A stretch of DNA of 64,000 nt from Candidatus Latescibacterota bacterium (GTDB lineage: Bacteria > Latescibacterota > UBA2968 > UBA8231), in contig OZ241362.1 of assembly GCA_965200315.1 (NCBI GenBank), forward strand, positions 736,001 to 800,000. The letters run 5' to 3'. The notes under the pieces are model-generated. The model did no database searches. It was not told where the DNA came from and saw only the letters and a program-made list of their open reading frames with translations. Below are positions 38,186 to 49,001 of the stretch, in pieces. The stretch's first letter is position 1, and each line of letters begins with the position of its first letter. A program made the position numbers and the translations under genes.

Positions 38186-40242
38186 CCCTCGGCCTTTAGC
38201 TGCTCCGCCAACTCTGCGGCCGTGGACAAGGGCCGCGAGCAGGTCGCGTCGCGACACACGTACGCCCGTCCACCGACGGACAGCTTCCCCTCTAGGAGCG
38301 GCAACGCAGCTTCGGCTTCATCCGCCCCAACGCCGGCAGCCAACACGACCTTATTGGGCACAAAGCACCGATGCAGCGCGGCCGCAAAAGCGCGGCACTC
38401 GGCTTGGTCTCCCACCAAGGCAACCTCCGTGGGCCTAGTCAAGTAGAAGTCGAGGGCGCAGAGCATCTGCGCTCCAGCGGAAGGGGCACGGCGCAATAAC
38501 TGCTCAAAGAGGACGAGGGTCTGCTCGCCCTGCTGCCACAACGCCTGATCGCCCTTCATCGCCCCCAAGCGCAACAGCACCAAAGCACCCAGCGAGTTGC
38601 CCGAGGGCGTGGCGTTGTCAAACGGGTTCTTGGTGCGCACGATCAAGTCGGTCGCCTCGGCCCCCGCATAGAAAAATCCTCCGCGCTCCCCATCCCAAAA
38701 CCGCGCAACCATGTCGGCGGCCCAGTGCTCGGCGGCGACCAAGAAGCGCAACTCAAAACTCGCCTCATACAGGTCGAGCAAGCCGTTGACCAAACCAGCG
38801 TAATCGTCCTGATAGGCCGGAATCCGCGCCCGACCATCCTTGTAGGTGTGCAGGAGACGGCCGTCGCAGACCATGCGCTCCAAGATGAAGTCGGCCGCCT
38901 CGACCGCCGCTCGTAGGTAGCGACGCTCCCCGATAACCTGATAGGCGCGGGCCATCGCGCTGATCATCAGCCCGTTCCAAGCCGTCAGGATTTTGTCGTC
39001 GCGCCCGGGGGCCACGCGCTCCTGCCGCACCGCCAATAGCACCGCGCCCCCGCGCTCTACGACTTGTGCCAGCCGCTCCGGCGCTACCTTGAGCAAGCGC
39101 GCAACGCCCTCTAGTTCGTTTTCCACGTGCAAGATATTGCGCCCGTGCTCGAAGTTGCCCTCGGGCACAACGCCGTAATAGCGGGCAAAGAGCGCGGCAT
39201 CTTCTTCGCCCAACAGGGCCTCAATGTCCTCCAAAAGCCAAGTAAAAAACAGACCTTCTTCGCCCTCGCTGTCCGCGTCCTGCGCCGCGTAGAAGCCACC
39301 TTTGGGCTGCGTCATCTCGCGCAGCACGTAGCCGAGGGTGTGCTCGACGACCTCGCGGTAGAATTCGTCTTGAGTCGCCTGATAGGCTTCGAGATACGTC
39401 CACACCAACAAGGCGTTGTCGTAGAGCATTTTCTCAAAGTGGGGCACGAGCCAGCGCTCATCCACCGAATAGCGGTGAAAACCCCCGCCAAGCTGGTCGT
39501 ACATCCCTCCCCTAGCCATGCGCTTGAGCGTGTGCTCAGCGATTGCCAGCGCGCGTTGGTCTCCTCGTCTAACATAGCGCCGCAACAGCAGGGACAAGCT
39601 CATGCTCGGCGGAAATTTAGGCGCACCGCCAAATCCGCCAAACCTATCGTCATACGTGGATTTGAGCTGCGCACAGGCTCCGTCGAGGACCTCTTCTCCG
39701 GGAACGCTGCCCGGCGTCAAAAACTCGGCGTGCTGCTGGAGTGCGCGCATCAGTTCAGCGTTTTTTTCGGCGACGCCAGCGCGATTTTCCCGGTAGTAAT
39801 CCGCTATCGCTTGCAGCACCCGCGGAAAGCCCGGCCGCCCATAGCGATCTTCGGGCGGGTAGTACGTCCCGCCGTAAAAAGGCTGCAAATCCGGCGTCAG
39901 AAACACCGTCATCGGCCAGCCTCCTTGGCCGGTCATGGCCTGCACGGCCGTCATGTAAATCTCATCGACATCGGGCCGTTCTTCGCGATCAACCTTAATG
40001 TTGATAAAGTGCTCGTTCATGCGCTGGGCGATTTGCTCGTTTTCAAAAGATTCGCGCTCCATGACGTGGCACCAATGGCAGGCCGAATACCCCACTGAAA
40101 GCAAAATGGGCCGATCGGCGGCCCGGGCCGCGGCCAGCGCTTCCTCGCCCCAAGGATACCAATCGACGGGGTTATGGGCGTGCTGGCGCAAGTACGGGCT
40201 GGATTCGTTGGCGAGGCGATTGGTGTGCTTGGGATCAGACAT
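38182..40242 (-). CDS. thioredoxin-domain protein YyaL/SPATA20 (DUF255)
   Basis: [38 protein letters not shown]; true start lies inside the 1020-aa ORF. Confidence 0.92.
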   Translation of the reverse strand: MSDPKHTNRLANESSPYLRQHAHNPVDWYPWGEEALAAARAADRPILLSVGYSACHWCHVMERESFENEQIAQRMNEHFINIKVDREERPDVDEIYMTAVQAMTGQGGWPMTVFLTPDLQPFYGGTYYPPEDRYGRPGFPRVLQAIADYYRENRAGVAEKNAELMRALQQHAEFLTPGSVPGEEVLDGACAQLKSTYDDRFGGFGGAPKFPPSMSLSLLLRRYVRRGDQRALAIAEHTLKRMARGGMYDQLGGGFHRYSVDERWLVPHFEKMLYDNALLVWTYLEAYQATQDEFYREVVEHTLGYVLREMTQPKGGFYAAQDADSEGEEGLFFTWLLEDIEALLGEEDAALFARYYGVVPEGNFEHGRNILHVENELEGVARLLKVAPERLAQVVERGGAVLLAVRQERVAPGRDDKILTAWNGLMISAMARAYQVIGERRYLRAAVEAADFILERMVCDGRLLHTYKDGRARIPAYQDDYAGLVNGLLDLYEASFELRFLVAAEHWAADMVARFWDGERGGFFYAGAEATDLIVRTKNPFDNATPSGNSLGALVLLRLGAMKGDQALWQQGEQTLVLFEQLLRRAPSAGAQMLCALDFYLTRPTEVALVGDQAECRAFAAALHRCFVPNKVVLAAGVGADEAEAALPLLEGKLSVGGRAYVCRDATCSRPLSTAAELAEQLKAEG

Positions 40243-40292
40243 GGTATTAATAATACGATTCACTAGCCGTTGGCGATAGGGTGCGGGCGGTC

Positions 40293-41244
40293 CTATTGAC
40301 CGCACACCTGAAGGTAGTCTTCTAGCTCGCCGACGATGGCGCGGAAGCACCGCTCGGCCTCGGCGCGGATGTCCGCCCTCTCGCGGCGGCAGTGCAGGGG
40401 CCACACCTGCTCCCGATAGCACCTTTCGAGGGCATCCTGATAGGCCGAGGGTAAGGCCGCAATCTGCAATGCGCGAATTTCCGCCAAAGCTGATATTCGG
40501 CGTACCCACTCCGTTGGCGTAAGCGGCGATCTGCTCGCGACCCAGCCGCGTCTTAAAAAAAACCAAACGTAAAACGGATTGAGCCCCTCCAAGCGCTTCT
40601 GGCGGCTTGCTGCGGCGCAAGACAACCAAGGCCGTCTGCACCTTGTCGAAGGCTTTAGGCAGAGCGACGACCGCCCGCACCTCAGCGCACGCTAACAACC
40701 AGTCGCGCTCGGCCTGCCGCCGGGCATTGGCGAGGAAGCCCTCGGGCAATATCAGGGCCATCCAACCAGCGGGCCGGGTCAGTTGCAGGGCGCGCTCGAC
40801 AAAAAGCAACTCCACCGGGAAGGAGCGCACCTGCTTTTGTCCATCGAGCAGCCCAAAGCGCCGGGCGAGCCGACAGGGATCATCGGCCCCAAACAAGGGC
40901 AACATCGGCCCCAATTTGCCAAAAGGCGGGTTGGCCAACACGCAATCGAACGACTCGTCCGCCACCTCGGGAAAGGTGCCGAGCAAGCCGTCTCCGGTAT
41001 AAAAGCGATCGGCCTGACTGCGCCCCCGCTCGGCTAACCCCGCGTCAATCTCAATGCCTGTGGTCTGATAGGCTCGCCCGACAACACCCAACAACGCCCC
41101 TTCGCCCGCTGCTGGCTCAACCACGCGCGCTCCAGCCCCCAACTCTTTTCCCGCGAGCGTGCGCACCGCGTCCCAAACCAACTGCGCTACTGCCGGGGGT
41201 GTAAAGTGCTGCGCTAGAATTTTCGCGTTTCCTCCGTTACTCAT
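40293..41244 (-). pseudogene. degenerate N6-adenine methyltransferase plus HsdS-like fragment
   Basis: QHFTP, EPAAGEG, NPPF, ILPEGFL; S-like text [18 protein letters not shown]...[15 protein letters not shown] is split across frames. Confidence 0.7.
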
Positions 41245-41343
41245 TAGTGTATCCCATTTGGGGCAATGGCCGCTTATCGCGGCTCGTCAAACGACCTACA
41301 TAACAAATTGCCGAACAGACCATTGGGCACTCAAGCGGATCGC

Positions 41344-41359
41344 TGGCACACTTTCTGCT
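41344..41359 (+). promoter_or_regulatory. putative sigma54 -24/-12 promoter
   Basis: TGGCACACTTTCTGCT, GG-N10-GC spacing, ~70 bp before ssb start. Confidence 0.65.
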
Positions 41360-41431
41360 AACACCCTAGCCAGGCGGTCCGCCAACGGACCCTCACCCAT
41401 TCATCCACGCTCATCTATCAGGAGAAACCCC

Positions 41432-41818
41432 ATGCCGACCTTACGGATGCCCAACATCAACCAAGTCGCCCTCAGCGGCCGTTTGGTGCAAGAACCCGAC
41501 TTTCGCTTCATGGACAACGGTGCCGCCCGTTTGCGGGGGCGGATAGCCGTCAACCGCTCCTATCGCGATCGCAATCAAGAATGGCAAGAGGAGACCTCCT
41601 TTTTCGACATCATCCTGTGGCAGAAAGCCGCCGAGACCTTGGCCAAACGCCTGCACAAGGGCACGCCGGTCTTTATAACCGGCCGCCTGCAAAGCCACTC
41701 TTGGCGCGACAGCGACGACCAGCCCCGCTTCCGCGTCCAAGTGCAGGTGCGGAACCTGCAAGTTCTGGAAAGAGATGCAGAAGACCTGAAGGAAGAAACC
41801 GCCCTCCAAGCGGCTTGA
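41432..41818 (+). CDS. ssb: single-stranded DNA-binding protein, short form
   Basis: NQVALSGRL, W..ETSFFDIILW, KGTPVFITGRLQSHSW; AGGAG RBS; no DIPF tail. Confidence 0.9.
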   Translation: MPTLRMPNINQVALSGRLVQEPDFRFMDNGAARLRGRIAVNRSYRDRNQEWQEETSFFDIILWQKAAETLAKRLHKGTPVFITGRLQSHSWRDSDDQPRFRVQVQVRNLQVLERDAEDLKEETALQAA

Positions 41819-41919
41819 GCAAGGCTGCGACAGCTCGGCTGAGCTCAGTCGAAGGGAATGCGCGCGGGCAGGCGGGTGCAGTCGGCGGACGAACGAGACG
41901 CGCCGCGCCCAGCCCGCGC

Positions 41920-43101
41920 TTATTCCGCTCGCTCAAAGAGCGCGGCAATGCCCATTCCCCCGCCAATGCACAGCGCCGCTATACCCAGCCTGACGCCGCG
42001 CTGCTGCATCTGGTGTAAAAGCGTGGTGGCAATGCGTGCGCCGCTGGCACCGACCGCGTGGCCGATGGCAATGGCTCCGCCTTGGACGTTGACCTTATCC
42101 CAGTCCCAATCCAGCTCCCGCCCCACAGCCAAGCTCTGGGCAGCGAACGCTTCGTTGAGTTCGATCTGATCTACATCTTCGAGCCGGGTCCCAGTCTGGG
42201 CCAACAGTTTGCGGATCGCGGGGGCCGGGCCGATGCCCATAATGCGGGGATCGACGCCAGCACTGGCCGCGCCCCGGAGGTAGGCCAGCGGGACCAGTCC
42301 GCGCGCCTTGGCCCCTTCTTCCGTCATCAACAGCAGCGCGGCGGCCCCATCGTTGATCCCCGAAGCATTGCCCGCCGTCACGGTCCCGTCTTTCTTGAAC
42401 GCCGGTTTGAGCTGGCTTAGCTGCTCGACGGTAGTCCCGGGGCGCGGATGCTCATCAGTTGCAAAGACCGTCTCCCCGCCTTTTTGCGCGATGGATATAG
42501 GCACGATCTGACCTTTAAACGCCTCCTGCTCTTGGGCGCTGGCCCACCGCTGTTGACTCCGGGCGGCGAATTGGTCCTGTTCAGCGCGAGTAATGCCGTA
42601 TTCTGCGGCCAGATTCTCGGCCGTAATCCCCATGTGGCAGTCGTAAAAACAATCCCATAGCCCATCGAGCAGTAGCATGTCCTCGACCTGACCGTGTCCT
42701 AGTCGCTGACCCCACCGCCCGCCGTGCAGGACATAGGGTGCTTGGCTCATATTCTCCATGCCCCCCGCCAGCACGACCTCGGCCTCGCCAGTCCGCAGGC
42801 TCTGGGCGGCCAGCGCAACCGCCTTCAGCCCCGAGCCGCAGAGCTTGTTGACCGTCGTCGCCGGCACCTCGTACGGCAGCCCGGCGGCGATGGCCGCTTG
42901 GCGCGCCGGATTGGCCCTGGCCCCGCCCTGATACACCATGCCCATCAGCACTTCATCTACTTCGCGCACTTCCACTTGGCACGCTTCCAATGCTGCGGCG
43001 AGCACCTTGCCGCCCAATTCCACAGCCGTCACGTCTTGCAGCGCACCGCCAAAGCGGCCCGTGGCCGTGCGTTGGGCGCTGACTACAACTGGCTCTGCCA
43101 T
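41920..43101 (-). CDS. acetyl-CoA C-acetyltransferase (thiolase)
   Basis: [25 protein letters not shown]. Confidence 0.95.
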   Translation of the reverse strand: MAEPVVVSAQRTATGRFGGALQDVTAVELGGKVLAAALEACQVEVREVDEVLMGMVYQGGARANPARQAAIAAGLPYEVPATTVNKLCGSGLKAVALAAQSLRTGEAEVVLAGGMENMSQAPYVLHGGRWGQRLGHGQVEDMLLLDGLWDCFYDCHMGITAENLAAEYGITRAEQDQFAARSQQRWASAQEQEAFKGQIVPISIAQKGGETVFATDEHPRPGTTVEQLSQLKPAFKKDGTVTAGNASGINDGAAALLLMTEEGAKARGLVPLAYLRGAASAGVDPRIMGIGPAPAIRKLLAQTGTRLEDVDQIELNEAFAAQSLAVGRELDWDWDKVNVQGGAIAIGHAVGASGARIATTLLHQMQQRGVRLGIAALCIGGGMGIAALFERAE

Positions 43102-43130
43102 GTCTTACCTTTCGCTTCTAGGTGGCCGCG

Positions 43131-43159
43131 TTGACGCGGTGTAGCCACTAACTTAACTT
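43131..43159 (+). promoter_or_regulatory. putative sigma70 promoter of tRNA-Ala
   Basis: TTGACG-17bp-TAACTT. Confidence 0.5.
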
Positions 43160-43175
43160 TTTGCATACCGGATAG

Positions 43176-43251
43176 GGGGCTGTAGCTCAGCTGGGAGAGC
43201 GCGGGCTTTGCAAGCCTGAGGTCGTCGGTTCGATCCCGATCAGCTCCACCA
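43176..43251 (+). tRNA. tRNA-Ala(UGC)
   Basis: 76 nt GGGGCTGTAGCTCAG...TTGCAA...GGTTCGATCCC...CTCCACCA; G3:U70 pair; encoded CCA. Confidence 0.97.
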
Positions 43252-43465
43252 TATATCGCGTCGCGCACGGGTTGGGCACAATTGGTCCAGCCCGACTTCG
43301 ACTCACCTTCGGCGCTCGACAGCGATCCCACCGCAAAGCCCTTCTTTTTTGCTTCATAAAAATAAACGTTGCTTCGCTTAAAGGCGAGATTCGCATAGTT
43401 GGTCAAGCAAAAGTCGTCCGCGCAACCTTGCGACTCGGCGAAGTTAGATCCTACTGGAGGACAAG

Positions 43466-45040
43466 ATGCCGCACGACCAATGGAGGCTTATTTACGTCAG
43501 CGACCCCTCGGGCAATGCCAACTACGATTTTGACCCGGGCCAAGCGCGTCCCCTCATCACCTCACACCCGGCCAAGCCAGCGGAGCTGCGGCAAATAATC
43601 GACCACGTCGCCGCCAACAAGCCCGATACCTTTATCCAAGAGGTCTATAACGCCGGCTGGACTCTGTACTTTCGCTCTCCGCGCTTTGAGTACGACGCCC
43701 GGCCCCAGCACCGGCGCTTTATTCCCATGATGGACGACGGGATCATGCCGCTACAGGTGATGCTCGACCAAGCCCGCAAGCACGGGATGAACTTCCTCGC
43801 TGGTTTTCGCATGAACGACAGCCACGGCGCACCCGACCAAGGGGGGATGTTTCTCCACAAGAACCCGCAGTGGAAAATTGCGGAGATGCCGCAGGGCACG
43901 GCCTTCGTCCCCGGCAACAGGATGGATTTCACCTTTGCCGAGGTGCGCGATTACCTCTTTTCAGTAATGGCCGAGGTCGTCGATCAATTCGACGTAGATG
44001 GGCTTGAGCTGGTCTTCCGCGAAGGTCTCTACTTTCCGGCTCCCCAAGGCGATAGAAATCTCGCACACGAGCGCCAACCGCTTATGACGGAATTGATCCA
44101 GCGGGTGCGAGACATGCTGGACCAAGCCGGCAGCCGCCGGGGCCGCGACCTGCAGTTGGGGGTCCGCGTCCCGGAGACGTTAGCGGAGTGCCACAACTGC
44201 GGTCTCGACGTGCCCACTTGGATAGCGGAAGCACTCATCGACTATGTCGCGCCCCAAGATGCCATGTATTCGGATTGCAACGCCCCACACCAAGAGTTCA
44301 GCCAGCTCACCAAGGACACCAAGTGCGAGCTCATCCCCGGCCTCCTCCCCTATTGCGCCAACCTCGACCGCACCGGTCCGCCGTTGACGCTCGAAAACTA
44401 CCGAGCCTTGGCCCACTCGTTTGCCCGCCAAGGGGCCGACGGGGTCTCTATGTACAATTTTCAGATGCACTGGGATGCTTTCTGGAAAGCGACCCGAGAT
44501 CCAGGACCGGAGGCTATGTATCCCTTGGCCCTCAGCTACCTGCGAGAGCTGCGCGATCCAGCCAAAATTGCCGCTGGCACTCGGCACTATCTCTTTCGCC
44601 CTATGTGGGGGGGCTCTACGGCCTTTGGAGCCCCGGGCATGACCGCAGGTGGGGTTATCCGAGACGCCAAGATCGACCTTGAGCGGACAGAGCAGCAACC
44701 TTATGGGCAGTATCATTTCCGCCTGTGCGAAAACTTCGCCGAGATCGTCTTCGCCAAGCTCTTTTTTCGCGCTACGGGCTTGGGGCCGTACGATCAGATT
44801 GCGGTCGATATCAACGGCACGGCCATTCCCGCCGACCAAGTGCGCCGCATCTGGCACAGCGACGGCCGGCACCCGAATCAGGGGCGGGCGCTTCCGGCGC
44901 ATACAACCTGCATTATCGATCTGTCGTCGCCGCCTGTACGCAACGGCGACAATGCCCTCGGCGTCCGCTTGCTGTTTTCTGGCCTCCCTGAAGGCTCTGT
45001 CGTCATCGACGAAGTAGAAGTGACCGTGCTGCCGCGCTAG
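43466..45040 (+). CDS. glycosyl hydrolase-like TIM-barrel protein (GHL10-like)
   Basis: FRMNDSH, MDFTFAEVRD, DVDGLELVF, GADGVSMYNF. Confidence 0.65.
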   Translation: MPHDQWRLIYVSDPSGNANYDFDPGQARPLITSHPAKPAELRQIIDHVAANKPDTFIQEVYNAGWTLYFRSPRFEYDARPQHRRFIPMMDDGIMPLQVMLDQARKHGMNFLAGFRMNDSHGAPDQGGMFLHKNPQWKIAEMPQGTAFVPGNRMDFTFAEVRDYLFSVMAEVVDQFDVDGLELVFREGLYFPAPQGDRNLAHERQPLMTELIQRVRDMLDQAGSRRGRDLQLGVRVPETLAECHNCGLDVPTWIAEALIDYVAPQDAMYSDCNAPHQEFSQLTKDTKCELIPGLLPYCANLDRTGPPLTLENYRALAHSFARQGADGVSMYNFQMHWDAFWKATRDPGPEAMYPLALSYLRELRDPAKIAAGTRHYLFRPMWGGSTAFGAPGMTAGGVIRDAKIDLERTEQQPYGQYHFRLCENFAEIVFAKLFFRATGLGPYDQIAVDINGTAIPADQVRRIWHSDGRHPNQGRALPAHTTCIIDLSSPPVRNGDNALGVRLLFSGLPEGSVVIDEVEVTVLPR

Positions 45041-45211
45041 TTGTCGCTTTTCAGCTAAGGAGGAATCTTGCTGAGGAACGATCCCGAGTTCTGGAACCGA
45101 CGGGCGAGCGCGGCTACCTTGCGGTAGCCGGGTCATCTACTACTGGCATGTCGCCGACCCGGATACCTTCGAGCGGCTGGCATCACTGTGAGTTTGAGTA
45201 ACAGCCGACCA

Positions 45212-45244
45212 GACTCAGAACGAGCGCAAACTCGCTTCTGAGTC
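45212..45244. terminator. hairpin between convergent genes
   Basis: GACTCAGAA...TTCTGAGTC inverted repeat; no clear U-tract. Confidence 0.45.
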
Positions 45245-45262
45245 CAAGCCTCTCTTGCACAC

Positions 45263-46411
45263 CTACGGATCCACCTGCTGGTAAAACTTCTTTACACCAT
45301 TTTCAATGGTCATAATGACCGCGCTTTTAGTTGGATGGCGGTTTTCGTTGTAGCTGGCAATGCGCGTCGCCCCAGCGTACTGTTCGGTGGCCAACAGTTG
45401 CTGCCGTATCGCATCTGCGTCGAGGCTACCCGCGCGCTCGGCAGCTTCCAAGAGCAAGCGCACCGCATCGTAGCTCACCGCATCGCCGCCAGTGGGCGCA
45501 ATCCCGTACAAGGCTTGGTATGCGTCGATGAACGCACGCGCATTCGGCTCGTCCGTGTCCGGCGAAAAGTGGCTGCTAAAAAAGCTGCCATCCACAGCGG
45601 CGTCCTCATTGTCCAACAGGGTCGGATTGTCCCAAGCATCGGCCCCGAGAAAAAGCGTCGGTTCCCCGGCCGCGTTTTGCAGCGGCAGGGCCCGCGCCTG
45701 CTTGGTCACAAGCGCAACCTCCGGCGGCAGACCCGATAGAAAAACCGCCTCGGGAGCCGCCGCCGCGATGGGGGTCAATTGCGCAGCGAAATCCGTCGCA
45801 CCGCTCTCGTAGAACTCTTCGGCGACTATCCCCCCCCCAAAGCCGCTAAAATGGGCGGTAAAAAACTCGGCGATTCCCTCGGTATAGACTTCCCCGCGCT
45901 GCGTCAAAACGGCCGCTGTATTCACCCCGAGCGTCTCTTTGGCAAACTGTGCCATGACGCGCCCTTGAAACTGGTCGGTGAAAGCAGCCATGAAGACAAC
46001 GTCGCCAGCAGCGGTCACGGCTGGATTGGTGGCCGCCGTAGTAATCATCGGCACGTTATGGCGCTGGGCTACAGCCCCCACCTCAATGGCGTGCGAGGAG
46101 CGATTGGGGCCAATGAGGGCGATGACTTCGTCGGTGAGGATCATGGTCTCCGCAGCCTGCACCGCAGCCGCCGCTTCCTGTATGTTAATCTCGGTGACCA
46201 ATTCAACAGACCGGCCCAACAGGCCCCCGCGCTCGTTGACTTCGTCCACTGCGATCTTAGCTCCATTGGGATAGGTAATGCGGTCGCCCGAGACGAGGAA
46301 CCCAATCTTAACGGGGGTGCCTTCGCCATCCTCAGTAGAAGACAGAGAACTCTTATCTTCACAAGCGGCGAACGCGATAGCTGCAACGCAGGCGACGCAG
46401 AAAAATTTCAT
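45263..46411 (-). CDS. LivJ/LivK-type substrate-binding lipoprotein
   Basis: Lipobox FAAC; NERGGLLGR, GATDFAAQL; no transporter genes adjacent. Confidence 0.88.
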   Translation of the reverse strand: MKFFCVACVAAIAFAACEDKSSLSSTEDGEGTPVKIGFLVSGDRITYPNGAKIAVDEVNERGGLLGRSVELVTEINIQEAAAAVQAAETMILTDEVIALIGPNRSSHAIEVGAVAQRHNVPMITTAATNPAVTAAGDVVFMAAFTDQFQGRVMAQFAKETLGVNTAAVLTQRGEVYTEGIAEFFTAHFSGFGGGIVAEEFYESGATDFAAQLTPIAAAAPEAVFLSGLPPEVALVTKQARALPLQNAAGEPTLFLGADAWDNPTLLDNEDAAVDGSFFSSHFSPDTDEPNARAFIDAYQALYGIAPTGGDAVSYDAVRLLLEAAERAGSLDADAIRQQLLATEQYAGATRIASYNENRHPTKSAVIMTIENGVKKFYQQVDP

Positions 46412-46491
46412 GGCAGCTCTTCTCCTAAAGGGGTGGATGGATTCTGACTTTATCAGATTGACTATGGTTACAGTTAGGAGATGCCCTCTGA

Positions 46492-47706
46492 TCAAGGCGT
46501 TCCGCCGTGCCCCTGCGCCAAGTAGTCTTTCAGCAGTTGCGCGATTTTCGCTGCCGCCTCTTGGCACAGCGGGGCCATAGGCTCCTTGCCGCCCGGAGTA
46601 GATTTACGCACCGACACAATCAGAGGCGAGGTCTGTTCAAAGAGAACTCTTCTTTCCGACAGGAGAATTAGCTGTACGCCGATTTCGGCAACGACGGAGG
46701 CGCGTCTTTCGCTATCATGCCAGAAATTAAGCCTCATAATGTCGAAAGCCAATTTGTAGTCGCCCTTCCAAGGAAAATACTGCATGGGCGACTCGCCAAT
46801 CTGCTCGACCAAAGCGGCCACCAACGACTGATGGAGATCGGTCGTCTGCTCTTTTATATATGATACATCAATCGTGCCGAAATAAGCGTAAAAGGGGCTG
46901 TCGGGCAGATTCCCTCCTCCGGCGATAAACTGCTCCAGTCCTTGCTCGAATTGATGGGTACTGCGCCCCGCAATAAGCAGCCCCGACTCCGCTGGCACTT
47001 GCGCGACGAATTCGCTTTCTCCCGCCGCAAACAGCAGGGGCATACGGCCGCCCTGCTCATGAGCCGTAGTCGCATCGGCGGGGACAACCGAGTGCAAGAT
47101 CGCCCGGTGTTCTCCCTCCAAAAAGGATTGCGCTAGGACGGGCATCCTCTTCTCGGGGAACGACGCTGTGCTAAACGAATACCATTTCGCTACGATCTCG
47201 CCGATCCTGCGGTCCTTTAGCTCGTAACGTCCCATAAGACCGCGCTGGGTGACGATCTCCCGCCCACTCGTCTCCGCCACCCATATAGGAACGGGTACAT
47301 CGACAAATTCTTTGGCCATTATGCTCTCCTTCTCATGGCGGGCAAACCAAGCCCCGTACAAACTCAACTCGTACGCCGGCTTTAGGCTGTAGGTCAAGGG
47401 GTCTTCGTAGCGCGTGACGTGCTCAAATAGCCCTAAACCCTCCACTTCCTTCAACAGTTTCCACTCCAAACCATCAGCTTCCCGATTCGTGAGTGGGGTA
47501 AAAGCCTTCTCGGCCCCACGCCATGAGTACGGATCGTAATCCCTTGCTAAGACCAAAACTGCTATGTTCCTCTCGTTTAGCTCCTTGGGTGCTTTACCGC
47601 CGCTGCTAACGGCGCACCCGTACAGACAACAAAATGTAACAATAAAGAGAACGATCAAATGGCCGTATCCTACATGGTTCTGGTGCCACCAAAACAAAGA
47701 TTTCAT
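46492..47706 (-). CDS. hypothetical protein, probable lipoprotein
   Basis: Long ORF with hydrophobic stretch and LYGC; start uncertain. Confidence 0.6.
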   Translation of the reverse strand: MKSLFWWHQNHVGYGHLIVLFIVTFCCLYGCAVSSGGKAPKELNERNIAVLVLARDYDPYSWRGAEKAFTPLTNREADGLEWKLLKEVEGLGLFEHVTRYEDPLTYSLKPAYELSLYGAWFARHEKESIMAKEFVDVPVPIWVAETSGREIVTQRGLMGRYELKDRRIGEIVAKWYSFSTASFPEKRMPVLAQSFLEGEHRAILHSVVPADATTAHEQGGRMPLLFAAGESEFVAQVPAESGLLIAGRSTHQFEQGLEQFIAGGGNLPDSPFYAYFGTIDVSYIKEQTTDLHQSLVAALVEQIGESPMQYFPWKGDYKLAFDIMRLNFWHDSERRASVVAEIGVQLILLSERRVLFEQTSPLIVSVRKSTPGGKEPMAPLCQEAAAKIAQLLKDYLAQGHGGTP

Positions 47707-47837
47707 AGCTCGCATCTCTAATAAGGGGAATAGGATGCGTTCAAAAAGTAAGGTGCTTGCCGCCGATTTATTGACTTTTTCCAAGCATCCACGTTCTTTG
47801 CTTTCGTTCCCTTTTGCCAACAGGAAAAGCTCTTACT

Positions 47838-48107
47838 ATGACGACGAAAAATAAAAAGCGCAAACTTTTCAAACTTTTAGCCCCGCAGGCGGAAAGCGTT
47901 TACTTGGCCGCCTCCTTCAACGACTGGGACCCGCAGGCCCGCCCGCTAAAAAAAGACGCCCAAGGCTTGTGGAAAACTTCGGTCACTTTGCCTTTGGGCA
48001 AACACGAATACCGCTTTGTGGTCGATGGCGAATGGCGCGATGATCCGCAGTGCGAAGAGCGCCGTCCCAATCCCTTCGGCACCACCAACTGCATTTTGCA
48101 CACCTAA
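47838..48107 (+). CDS. CBM48/AMPK-beta-type glycogen-binding small protein
   Basis: SFNDW, HEYRFVVDGEWRDDP, NPFGTTN. Confidence 0.85.
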   Translation: MTTKNKKRKLFKLLAPQAESVYLAASFNDWDPQARPLKKDAQGLWKTSVTLPLGKHEYRFVVDGEWRDDPQCEERRPNPFGTTNCILHT

Positions 48108-48159
48108 TACGACGACGTAAACGGCACGGAAATCCTCTCCGTGCCGCGGAGACGAAGCC

Positions 48160-48990
48160 TTATTCCTCGGCGCGAGGCCGATATCTGCCGAGTGCGTTCC
48201 AGCCGGGATACTGCGCTTCCAAGGCGGCAAGCGTCTGGCGGGTGTAGTATGGGTGGTCGGGCGGCGGGAAGCGGAAGAGCTGGCGGTCAGCGGCGGAGAG
48301 GCCAGCGATAAACTCGCAAAAGTGCGGGTTGCGACCCACGTGGGTGTAGTGCTCGACGCCTTCCCAATAGTGGTCGGCGCGGCCATAGGCGAATTTCCAG
48401 ATATAGCGCTGCCCGTCGGCGCACCGATAGTCGCTGGCGGCGTGCCAAGAATAGTTGTGGAAGATGGCTACCGAGCCGCCAGGAGCGACCATGGGCTCAG
48501 CTCTGGCCGCGTCTTGGTGCTGGCCATCCCCGTCGGCGACGAAGAGAGTCGGGGCCTGATCCTCCTCGACATCTTCGAGGCAGAACCAGAAGTTGAGCTG
48601 GCTGTGGCGACGGTCGGATTCGGTGGGCGGCAGCAGCGAGTTGTTGCCATTGTCGATGTGGAACGGCCCACCCTTGCGGCCCGGATAGCTGACCAGACCC
48701 AAGCCGGGCCGGTAGTGAATTTGGTCAGTGCCGAGCCAGCGTCGGGCAAAGTCGATGGCCTCGCGATCGACGATGGCGCGGTTGAGGCATTGTTCGGGAT
48801 AGGGAAAATAGCAGGAGCCGATGCGGTCGGCGGGTGGGTTGTCCGCGATTTCGTCCCAAGGTTTGAGGATGCGACGGAGAGCAGCGGCCATTTCCGCGCG
48901 TTGGGCTTCGGGGAGGTAGTTGTGGACGATGACAAAGCCGCGCGTGGCAAGCGCTTTAAATACTTCGTCGTTTAGTCTTTGCTCCTGCAT
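48160..48990 (-). CDS. phytanoyl-CoA dioxygenase-family Fe/2OG enzyme
   Basis: GFVIVHNYL, HID, WHAAS. Confidence 0.8.
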   Translation of the reverse strand: MQEQRLNDEVFKALATRGFVIVHNYLPEAQRAEMAAALRRILKPWDEIADNPPADRIGSCYFPYPEQCLNRAIVDREAIDFARRWLGTDQIHYRPGLGLVSYPGRKGGPFHIDNGNNSLLPPTESDRRHSQLNFWFCLEDVEEDQAPTLFVADGDGQHQDAARAEPMVAPGGSVAIFHNYSWHAASDYRCADGQRYIWKFAYGRADHYWEGVEHYTHVGRNPHFCEFIAGLSAADRQLFRFPPPDHPYYTRQTLAALEAQYPGWNALGRYRPRAEE

Positions 48991-49001
48991 GATGGATTCC
49001 T

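Noticed and set aside
38182-41244. 1020-aa methyltransferase-thioredoxin fusion as a real novel protein
   Set aside because: Linker is off-frame HsdS-like sequence; YyaL has its canonical N-terminus at 40242
43083-43406. Minus-strand ORFs over the tRNA
   Set aside because: Antisense to tRNA-Ala, a common artefact
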